Below, piece after piece: positions 36,301-43,209 of a DNA stretch of 64,000 bases (the stretch's first letter is position 1; each line of letters opens with the position of its first letter). The position numbers and the translations under genes were made by a program. The notes beneath the pieces were generated by a model, which saw nothing but the letters and a program-made list of their open reading frames with translations, was not told the origin of the DNA and ran no database searches. Source of the DNA: Oscillospiraceae bacterium (lineage in GTDB: Bacteria > Bacillota > Clostridia > Oscillospirales > CAG-272); NCBI GenBank assembly GCA_015065365.1, contig SVQL01000001.1:2355-66354 (forward strand), in the 5' to 3' direction.

Positions 36301-36830
36301 GTAATCTTATAGTTTCCTCTGCCGGTTCCGCTGTCCTCAACCTCAATAGCATAGGTCTGCTTCAAGGATTTCGTTCCGTCATACGTTCCTTCTATACCCG
36401 CGTAGGTAGTACCTGCTCTATCTCTGCCGAACCTGAAGCTATCCTGACCGGGCTTTACGATAAAGCCTGTTTTCCAATCAAGGAATAGACCTACCTCCTG
36501 GTTCGCATCTTCAGCTTCCACGGTAAACACTGTGGTATAAGCGCTTTTAGACATCTCATATTTTGAAGTATCCAGTGCGCCGCCCCAAACGGATCCTTCT
36601 TCTCTTTTGAAAGTAAACTTCAAATCTATGGAGCGTCCGTCTTCGGAAATCTGGGGATCTATGCCTCCCCAACCACCTATGGGAGCATCGGAATTCCACG
36701 CTCCGCCGCCGTTAAAGTTGATCTCATCAATCAAATCTCCGACTTCCGCACTCGCGGGCAAAATTATCATCGGCATTGCCATCATCAAGACTAGCGCAAA
36801 GCATAAAAGCTTTTTTGCAATCTTTTTCAT
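33306..36830 (-). CDS. Secreted protein with four ~220-aa lectin-like repeats plus beta-sandwich domain (zero-frame product 1174 aa)
   Basis: Signal peptide MKKIAKKLLCFALVLMMAMPMIILPASA. Four repeats carry AxWG, YTxVFTxEAEDANQExGxxPDWNTGFIxKPG, QTYAIE and xVY[KST]G. GASIRIDEPTGLRF marks the domain also found in 6066..10433. Confidence 0.85.
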   Translation of the reverse strand: MKKIAKKLLCFALVLMMAMPMIILPASAEVGDLIDEINFNGGGAWNSDAPIGGWGGIDPQISEDGRSIDLKFTFKREEGSVWGGALDTSKYEMSKSAYTTVFTVEAEDANQEVGLFLDWKTGFIVKPGQDSFRFGRDRAGTTYAGIEGTYDGTKSLKQTYAIEVEDSGTGRGNYKITAYKLWVILDGKWTLLYSLSGSELTCNPDSALNWSSGDYEYVLRFWRNGTDESQVKKSLIVSNCNVYSGLAVTNRKVAPPTGELIYTANFKGTGDFWSPGESWAGMKTKRPSSDGSSVMLIPTMYDSNGDLVTQGAVWGDDLPYPDYRMLQSAYTVVFTLEAEDANQELGLFPDWNTGFILKPGQDSYRYGKYAGGSTGSTIFSGRYAGTQALKQTYAIEVKDEGDENGGAKENFKYNITEYNLWVAQDGEWVKLFSLKDSEHAAAIKNALTWNSSNYEFVLRLFRNGQDTTQNLGMTVSDLSVYTGLSVSEGFVSAFGSYGQDVECIINASFTNDNGGLWTPQKAWAGMNENRYNVTDRSINLVPTTYDANGAIVTEGAAWGAELHYPTYRMLQSSYTAIFTVEAENADQEIGFYPDWNTGFILKPGADSFRYGVGKLGETLVDKNGSEIKGSYNGTKALKQTYAIEIMDSGNENDGNVANFEYDITEYNLYVAIDGKWVLIFKFSSPGNEAAAAAIEENLKWNTDTADNYEYVLRFYRNGLDKSQEGKYVTLSNLDVYKGLGVTAGKISVPMPKSYSDANDGELLYYADFNGTPGIWNTGDSWAGINETILNKHTIEMRIEDGKSGAWGKDMAVNRYPILKSSYTVVFTLEASDANQEIGFYPDWNSGFILTPGQNAYRFNKSTNEGKNNAVVAGVEGTYGGTKALTQTYAIQISDNGTSTSDFDCTIYNLWVLQDNKWVLVRALNPDELINDPATALNWSTTDPELALRFYRNSNVGNQDGVVTVSDLKVYKGSGNLPSVVDLINGASIRIDEPTGLRFTGLIYKSYIDTFKAKYGEDNVIMGMLITPTDYLTDVEFTKAALDASDREGVKYLEIDALTVLEDGDYYKINCAITNIKSQNYERAFSAILYVKIVNGENVEYIYSDYDSENNSRTVADIAMAAYNDLSDVRGTVKNGLTYQYEVETVDGKKYSPYEKRDNLLNFFQQREQVNTLVP
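33309..33348 (-). promoter_or_regulatory. Candidate -1 recoding cassette: slippery U UUU UUU, 7-nt spacer, 11-bp hairpin
   Basis: mRNA sense: AAU UUU UUU CAACAAA GGGAACAGGUG AAUA CACUUGUUCCC UGA. T7 run = 33342-33348 (A7 on the + strand). Hairpin = 33309-33334. The zero-frame stop is at 33306-33308. Confidence 0.45.
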
Positions 36831-36866
36831 GTTTTTCTCCTTTCAAATAAAATTACTATTTGGGAG

Positions 36867-38342
36867 TTAACCTAAATTGTTTATTACTTTGAGTTCCTTG
36901 TTAATAGTGTTTCTGTTCATAACAAGGTAGATTTGCATGTTCTGATTTCTCTCCATTATCATTTTACGAGGAATCGTATATGCAGTAGTATCGAATACGA
37001 TGCCTATGTCAGTCGTTCTCGAATCGTATATCAAGTCAACGAGCTTGGTATCTCCCTCGTCGTCAAGATATCTGAGCTTCAATACGCTTTCATAATAGAA
37101 AGGTACGAGCGTTTGCTTACCAAGACTTGCCATTACCTCGAACGCCGCCCCCGTCTGATCGTACTTCGCAGTATTCGTGTTGGGGATTGCGTACAGAATA
37201 GCAATGTTGTGGACGTAAGAATAATATTCCTTCTGATCCACGTCGTACTTAGGATAAGGCAACGGAGCAAAGCCGTCGGTCATGTCAGTAAAGTTTCTCG
37301 CGGTATAGAAGTAACCGATGGAGAACAGCATCTCGCCGTCAGCAAACTTCTGCACGAGTATGGAAGAGTGCTTACTGTTATAAAGCTGAGTGTCTCCCGC
37401 ATTGTTTCCGTATTCCCCTGCGCCCTCAATGTGCATAAGGTTATACAGGCGTCCCATAACATCTATTGAACGCTCGTCGCCAATGGCAAGAACTGCCTTA
37501 CCCTCGTTATCTCGCTGGATAATAGTTCCGCCTGCTCCCACATACCAGCCAACTGTATTAGCGTCGGTGCAAAGGAAGCCGAACTGGTCTTCAATATCTA
37601 CCGCCTGGCTATTGTTCAAATCCTTCCACATATTCTTTGAAAGCGTTGCCGCTTCATCGATAGTCCACTTGCCCTCAAGAACCATCGTTCTGAGGTTTAC
37701 GTACGCATCGTCGCCGTAGTTTTCTGCAAGAAGCTTCTTATTTACGAATATGGAGCCCGTGTTGCTTACCATATCTATACCAACGTCACCCGCCATTACG
37801 TAGTTATGTCCGTTTAGTTTAGCGGCGTTCATGTAATCCTGCGCCCACCAGTCGCCCGTAAAGTCAAGGTACTTGGAGTCGTCAAGGCTCTTAAACCAGC
37901 CTTCAAGAACGAGAGCCATTCCGTTCCACTGAACGAGCTGATATGCGTCAAACTCCGTGGACTCCGCCTGAAGAAGAGGACGGATATCCGTTGCCGCATT
38001 ACTCGATTCCGAGCCGGTGTCGATAAAGTTTATCTGAAGATTGAGATAATCCTCTGCCTTTACGTTTCTCTTATAAAGCTCGAGAGAAATAAAATCTCCG
38101 TCCTCCATAGAGCCGTTCATGTCGTAGAAGTATTCAGCAGCATTCGACGCGGTCGTAGTCTGCCAAACGTTAATTTCTTCTCCCTCGAATTTGACGCCCT
38201 TAACCTTGTCACTCAGCAAAAGACCGTCGTCCGCTTCGGTAGTAACCGCAGCCTCGGTCTCATTCACAGAGCCACCGACGCAAGATACGATAAGCGGGCA
38301 CAACATCAAGATTGCCAATAAAAGCACCATTATTTTTTTCAT
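36867..38342 (-). CDS. Extracellular solute-binding lipoprotein (sugar-type), orphan; first gene of the locus-B operon
   Basis: Lipobox LCPLIVSC. ~490-aa family-1 SBP-like sequence. No cognate permease or ATPase genes nearby. Confidence 0.55.
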   Translation of the reverse strand: MKKIMVLLLAILMLCPLIVSCVGGSVNETEAAVTTEADDGLLLSDKVKGVKFEGEEINVWQTTTASNAAEYFYDMNGSMEDGDFISLELYKRNVKAEDYLNLQINFIDTGSESSNAATDIRPLLQAESTEFDAYQLVQWNGMALVLEGWFKSLDDSKYLDFTGDWWAQDYMNAAKLNGHNYVMAGDVGIDMVSNTGSIFVNKKLLAENYGDDAYVNLRTMVLEGKWTIDEAATLSKNMWKDLNNSQAVDIEDQFGFLCTDANTVGWYVGAGGTIIQRDNEGKAVLAIGDERSIDVMGRLYNLMHIEGAGEYGNNAGDTQLYNSKHSSILVQKFADGEMLFSIGYFYTARNFTDMTDGFAPLPYPKYDVDQKEYYSYVHNIAILYAIPNTNTAKYDQTGAAFEVMASLGKQTLVPFYYESVLKLRYLDDEGDTKLVDLIYDSRTTDIGIVFDTTAYTIPRKMIMERNQNMQIYLVMNRNTINKELKVINNLG

Positions 38343-38427
38343 AAATACCTCCTGAATTTACTTTGTTTTTTACGGTGAAGCGTGTTGCGCCACAGTCAAA
38401 ACGCAGCTCGCTGATATTCACGATACC

Positions 38428-38456
38428 ATTATACCGCGATTACCCGTCTTTTTCAA
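38428..38456 (-). promoter_or_regulatory. Candidate promoter of the locus-B operon (TTGAAA-17-TATAAT)
   Basis: On the minus strand, TTGAAA is at 38456-38451 and TATAAT at 38433-38428. Same hexamers and spacing as 12343..12371. Confidence 0.5.
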
Positions 38457-38552
38457 CAAGCATAAGTTTCCAATTATACACTAAAAAGTAATATTGGGTG
38501 CACAAAACTTGTGGCTTTTTTTTGTAAATTTTCACTATTATAGTTTTTTCTA

Positions 38553-38581
38553 TTGACAAACTGAAACCAATACTGTATAAT
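38553..38581 (+). promoter_or_regulatory. Candidate promoter of the second AraC-type regulator (TTGACA-17-TATAAT)
   Basis: Perfect consensus, 67 nt before ATG 38648, identical in geometry to 12466..12494. Confidence 0.6.
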
Positions 38582-38647
38582 CTACTTGTGCAAACAAGCC
38601 ATATTTACACAAATTTATTTATTTTGAAGATGGAAGTAAAATACAAA

Positions 38648-39592
38648 ATGAAGTTCACTCATTACGACTACAAGTGCATATATTACGCGCCGTCAAATAA
38701 TCCCAAGAAAAAATATGACTCAAAGTTTTTTATTGCCAGTAACCGAGCCGAAATAAATCTCGGTCTTGAATATCATACGTCCTCTATATCCATCTATACC
38801 GAGGACAAGGAATTTGAGCACTTCAAGCTCGGAGTCGACTTTTCCCCTCCCGGCTCTCTTCTTAATGGCAGATGCGAGGACAGACTATTTCTCAACTTTA
38901 TACTGAAAGGAAAAGGGCGAGTAAACGGCGTGCCTTTTTCCGCAGGTCAGTTTTATTATACTATCCCCCTACAAACGCATACAGTAGAAACCGATCAAGA
39001 CGATCCGTTCGTTTCCGCATGGATAGCCATTAACGGAACGTACGCGCAGCATGTCGTTAACGAGCTTAATAAAAAAAGCTCACAAAGACTTATGTCCTTG
39101 GAGCACCGAGCAGATATACTTAAATTAACCAAAATCTTCATATATGAGATCAATTTAGGAGAAACGTCCATCTCATACCTCAAGTCTATCATAGACATTT
39201 ATCTTTCGTACATAGTACCAAACAGCAGTCCGCAGCCCCCCGAATGGGTTGGAACGGAGAAAGCCGCTCAATTAATAAGAGAGTCAAGAAATTACGTAAG
39301 AAAAAATCTTAAATCCGTTACGGTCGCAGATCTTGCCGAGGTGCAGCACTACAACGTAAAATATTTTTCCCGCGTATTTACCGAGGCTATGGGCATGAAA
39401 CCGCTTGAATATATCACGAATTGCAGAATGGAATGGGCAAAAAACTCCCTTACACACTCAAATCTTTCCATTCCGGAAATAATGGAAGCGATAGGCTACG
39501 ATCACAGAAACGGCTTTACTACCGCCTTTAAGAAAAAATACGGCTGTCCGCCTGCGGAGTACAGAAGAAAAACGAAGCGCACCTCCTCCTGA
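38648..39592 (+). CDS. AraC/XylS-family transcriptional regulator, paralogue of 12561..13514
   Basis: Start at MKFTHYDYK (aligned with MKFTHCDYK of the paralogue; the ORF-track start 38588 would lie at the predicted TSS). HTH region YFSRVFTEAMGMKPLEYITNCRMEWAKNSLTHSNLSIPEIMEAIGYDHRNGFTTAFKKKYGCPPAEYRR. Confidence 0.85.
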   Translation: MKFTHYDYKCIYYAPSNNPKKKYDSKFFIASNRAEINLGLEYHTSSISIYTEDKEFEHFKLGVDFSPPGSLLNGRCEDRLFLNFILKGKGRVNGVPFSAGQFYYTIPLQTHTVETDQDDPFVSAWIAINGTYAQHVVNELNKKSSQRLMSLEHRADILKLTKIFIYEINLGETSISYLKSIIDIYLSYIVPNSSPQPPEWVGTEKAAQLIRESRNYVRKNLKSVTVADLAEVQHYNVKYFSRVFTEAMGMKPLEYITNCRMEWAKNSLTHSNLSIPEIMEAIGYDHRNGFTTAFKKKYGCPPAEYRRKTKRTSS

Positions 39593-39646
39593 GTTGACCG
39601 CCACGCATAACGAACAATCGCAAAATTACAAGTTTTGAAATATCGC

Positions 39647-39713
39647 AAGAAGTGCGGTCTCGCCCGACTCATAGACAAAACGCAACTATGAGTCGGGCGA
39701 GACCGCACTTCTT
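39647..39713. terminator. Very long perfect hairpin (28-bp stem, 11-nt loop) between convergent genes
   Basis: AAGAAGTGCGGTCTCGCCCGACTCATAG acaaaacgcaa CTATGAGTCGGGCGAGACCGCACTTCTT, followed by TATTTAT. Confidence 0.65.
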
Positions 39714-39727
39714 TATTTATCACTGAA

Positions 39728-40708
39728 TTATTTTACCTTAACGTCGGTATCGATGCTTGGACCTTCCTTGAGCTTCTTTCTGTCCCTAATTATATCGATC
39801 ACGCAAACGCCTATCATTCTTGCAAGAATAAACGGGAATCCAATGTAATGGAAATACATCAGCTTCTCTCCTGCAAATATCACGCCTATCAAAACGGTTA
39901 CTATTGTAGAAACCCCACCAAAGGCGGAAAACGTAGAAATCTTTATCTTGGACAGCGCGTAGTTACTCATCATCGTCGCAAATATCGTAGAGCATACGCC
40001 CAGCACCGCAAACCCGAGAAGATTTTCGAGGTCGAAGTATGGATCAAAATAGTGAAGGATATCTCCCTTTACGATATGTCTCACAACGTTGACCGAATTG
40101 AAGCACACAGCGCCCAGCATCGAGGAAACGAAGGTTATCTCAAGCGGGGTAAAATGCGCCGAGGATTTTCTGGAGAAAACGCAGAAAAGCGCGCCCACCG
40201 TCAGGGCGAGAATAAGAAACAGTATTCCGAAGAAGCTCGATTTGCCTCCCTCGGTAGACGTACAAACGGCAATATAAGCCGCGCCCGCCATTCCCAAGGT
40301 CAAAAATACACCTTGCAAGAAGCTTGGGTACTGTCTGAAGAAAATAAATTCTCCCACACAGTAGAAAATAGGCGCAAGCGAAAGCAAAACTGCCGTCGTA
40401 ACTCCATTGGTCATGGAAATTCCGAGTGTTTCAAAGAGCATATACAAAACAGGCTCGAAAAGCGCCGTGAAAATCAAATTTTTTATATGCGGCGTTCGTG
40501 GGTTTTTCTTAAAGATATCCTTGATCTTTAGCTCAATCTTTATAATTTTAAATGTTTTCAGTATCAAAAACACAACGAAGCTCAACAAAAAGCGAAGTGC
40601 GAGCAGATCAAGGACGTCTATCTTTTCCGAAAGCGCGCCTGTAAAAAAGGGGGTAGCACCGTAGATAATACATTTACCTACGGCTGCAAGATAAGCCAAA
40701 ATATTCAT
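39728..40708 (-). CDS. DMT-superfamily (EamA-like) transporter
   Basis: ~10-TM, 326-aa protein with two EamA-like halves. Confidence 0.65.
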   Translation of the reverse strand: MNILAYLAAVGKCIIYGATPFFTGALSEKIDVLDLLALRFLLSFVVFLILKTFKIIKIELKIKDIFKKNPRTPHIKNLIFTALFEPVLYMLFETLGISMTNGVTTAVLLSLAPIFYCVGEFIFFRQYPSFLQGVFLTLGMAGAAYIAVCTSTEGGKSSFFGILFLILALTVGALFCVFSRKSSAHFTPLEITFVSSMLGAVCFNSVNVVRHIVKGDILHYFDPYFDLENLLGFAVLGVCSTIFATMMSNYALSKIKISTFSAFGGVSTIVTVLIGVIFAGEKLMYFHYIGFPFILARMIGVCVIDIIRDRKKLKEGPSIDTDVKVK

Positions 40709-40726
40709 TAACCAGCTCCTTGGATT

Positions 40727-42022
40727 TTACCACTTACAGGTAACTGTACCGTCATTTTCAACCGTCATTCGCACGCCACAAGGAGCGCTCATTGCCGCAA
40801 GACGTTCAACAAGCTCATAGTCTCTTGCCTTGCGGGGAAGTCCCTCGTCGCTCTTGGTACAATCCGCACGCATAAGCTCAACGGGCATAAGACGCAAGGA
40901 CGTAAGATTTCCGTCCTTTGTTTCCCAATAAGGAATAACTGTCTCCATCATCTTTCTGTCAGCCATAAGACCGACGGTGAAATTCTGAGAGCGCTTTTTC
41001 AAAAGCTCGTGTACGGTATCGTTTGCGTCAAGTCCGTTCTTCTCAAAGAACTCTGCCGGCGCGAACTCAATACTGTAAAGCTGGAGTATAAAGTCACCGA
41101 GCGAATAGAAAATAGGCTTATCGTTATATACCTCAACGGGCTGCAAAAGGTGCGGTCCGTGTCCGACAATCGCGTCAGCGCCCATATCTATACATCTATG
41201 GCAGATCTCCTTTAAGAAGTGAGGAATATCCTCTTTTGTCTGTCCGTCTATATCGTGAGCGTGCACGGAAACCATTACGTAATCGGATTGCAACTTTGCT
41301 TCGAATATGGCAGTAGCAATTCTCTGCATATCCTCCTCATTGGGAACAAAGCTTCTCTTGGTCTTCTCTCCGAGTATAAACTTAAGCTTACCAAGCTCTG
41401 CCTCGGTATCGGCAAGGGGCGGATAATATCCCTCTTTACGGAAAATATCTCGGTCAATATTTATGCCGAGTCGGTCGCCAAGTCCGCGAAGAAAAGCAAG
41501 CTCCTCGCGAGTGACCTCAAGCTTTTCGGTCATACGTATGCCGTTGATGCCGGGGCGTCCGGGAACTCTCTCACTCTGTCTGCCCGCCATACAGCAGGGT
41601 TCAAAGCTGGTGTTGACCGAAATAAGAGCTACTCTGCCGTTTACCGTGTCAAGATATCTCGGTGCGGAAGCCGCGGCAAGATTTCTGCCCACGCCTGCGT
41701 GAACGAAGTCGCTCTTTTCTACGTAATCAAGTGTCTTCATCATTCCGTCAAAGCCAAAATCCATTATGTGATTATTGTTAAAGGTAAGCATATTAAAGCC
41801 AAGACGTCTCATATCGATAAGTGCCTCGGGATTGGTGCGTATGTAAGTGCCCCCACTGAACTGGTTGCCGTAGCACTCACCCTCGTAGTTCAGCGTTGTT
41901 TCAAGATTAAAGAAACGCGCGTCACCTTGGTTTATAAAGGGAGTAAGCTCGGAAAAGCCGACGTATCCCTCCTGTATTCTGCGCTGAATAATGGCGTCTC
42001 CCGCCGCAGTAAATTTCATCAT
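40727..42022 (-). CDS. CapA-family metallophosphatase-like protein
   Basis: FNLETTL...NNHIMDFGFDG...ISVN...VSVHAHD, the motif order typical of CapA/PGA_cap. Confidence 0.65.
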   Translation of the reverse strand: MMKFTAAGDAIIQRRIQEGYVGFSELTPFINQGDARFFNLETTLNYEGECYGNQFSGGTYIRTNPEALIDMRRLGFNMLTFNNNHIMDFGFDGMMKTLDYVEKSDFVHAGVGRNLAAASAPRYLDTVNGRVALISVNTSFEPCCMAGRQSERVPGRPGINGIRMTEKLEVTREELAFLRGLGDRLGINIDRDIFRKEGYYPPLADTEAELGKLKFILGEKTKRSFVPNEEDMQRIATAIFEAKLQSDYVMVSVHAHDIDGQTKEDIPHFLKEICHRCIDMGADAIVGHGPHLLQPVEVYNDKPIFYSLGDFILQLYSIEFAPAEFFEKNGLDANDTVHELLKKRSQNFTVGLMADRKMMETVIPYWETKDGNLTSLRLMPVELMRADCTKSDEGLPRKARDYELVERLAAMSAPCGVRMTVENDGTVTCKW

Positions 42023-42037
42023 AATATTTTTTCCTTT

Positions 42038-43168
42038 TTATTCTTCTATAAGAGAATGAATTACGCGAATAAAAATATTAAGTCCGTCGGGAACAGAGCT
42101 CTTATCAAGCCATTCCTCGCGAGTATGAGATCCGTTGTTTCGGAACACACCCATGTCTACAGCTACAATTCCGAGTGACATCGGAACGTTTGCGTCGGTA
42201 GATGCGCAAACAAGAGATATCTCCTGCCCCGTCACCTCGGCTACCGCGCGGCGGTATATCTCCACCAAGCGCTCCTCGGTCGTAACGTCTACGTCTCCCT
42301 TGCAAGGGCGATCGCCGACCAAAGTAACGTTCAAACGAACCTCGTCGCTGTTGGCTTTTGCAAAAATATTTTCAAATGCCGATTGCATAACGGCAAGGCA
42401 CTCTCTGTCGTCGGAACGGTATTCGCAAAGCATTTCTGCGTTTTGAGCAATCGTATTTACGCTCGTTCCGCCTGAGATCACGCCTACGTTATACGTAGTT
42501 GTCGTGCCTTCCTTCTTGGGAACCTCGAGCTTATATATTTCCGTAACTATTTCGGAGAGCGCGGCAATAGCATTCTTCTTGCCGAAAGCCGAAAAAGAAT
42601 GTCCGCCCTCAGTCAGAGCCTCTACCTTGTATCGGTGAGAGCCGACCGCCGCATTTACACAGTATCCGATATCCTCGTCAAGCGTGACAAATTGCTTGAT
42701 GCGTCCCTCAAAGTCCTTCATAATCTGTCTTGTTCCGACCAGATTACCAAGCCCTTCCTCGCAGGCGTTGCAAACGAACAGAAATCCTTTTGGGGGTACA
42801 ATTCCGTTTTCAAGCATATATTTTATGCCGTACAGCATAACCGCCACGCTTGCCGTATCGTCACCCACTCCGGGACAGTATATCTTCTCGTTGTCCTCGT
42901 GAAACTCGGGATAAAATTCGGTATCGGGGAAAACAGTGTCAATGTGCGCGGCGATTACCGTAAGCTCATTACTTCCCTCGCAGTTCATAGGGAAAATACA
43001 GTTATTAACACTGTCGATATACACGCCTTTTGCGCCTACACTCTCAAGCCATGCTTTGCAGTATTCCGCGCGCCGTCTCTCTCCGAAGGACGGCGCTGGT
43101 ATGTGACAAAGCTCGCGAAGTGTTTCCAATACATTCTCTCTGTTTTTCTCAACGTATTCTCTAATCAT
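42038..43168 (-). CDS. M20-family metallopeptidase / deacylase
   Basis: AHIDTVF, GVGDDTASVA, NACEEGLGNLVG and GGHSFSAFG motifs. Confidence 0.75.
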   Translation of the reverse strand: MIREYVEKNRENVLETLRELCHIPAPSFGERRRAEYCKAWLESVGAKGVYIDSVNNCIFPMNCEGSNELTVIAAHIDTVFPDTEFYPEFHEDNEKIYCPGVGDDTASVAVMLYGIKYMLENGIVPPKGFLFVCNACEEGLGNLVGTRQIMKDFEGRIKQFVTLDEDIGYCVNAAVGSHRYKVEALTEGGHSFSAFGKKNAIAALSEIVTEIYKLEVPKKEGTTTTYNVGVISGGTSVNTIAQNAEMLCEYRSDDRECLAVMQSAFENIFAKANSDEVRLNVTLVGDRPCKGDVDVTTEERLVEIYRRAVAEVTGQEISLVCASTDANVPMSLGIVAVDMGVFRNNGSHTREEWLDKSSVPDGLNIFIRVIHSLIEE

Positions 43169-43209
43169 AGCAGCTCTCTGTTCTTTTTATCAAAATATGC
43201 GTTTATTCC

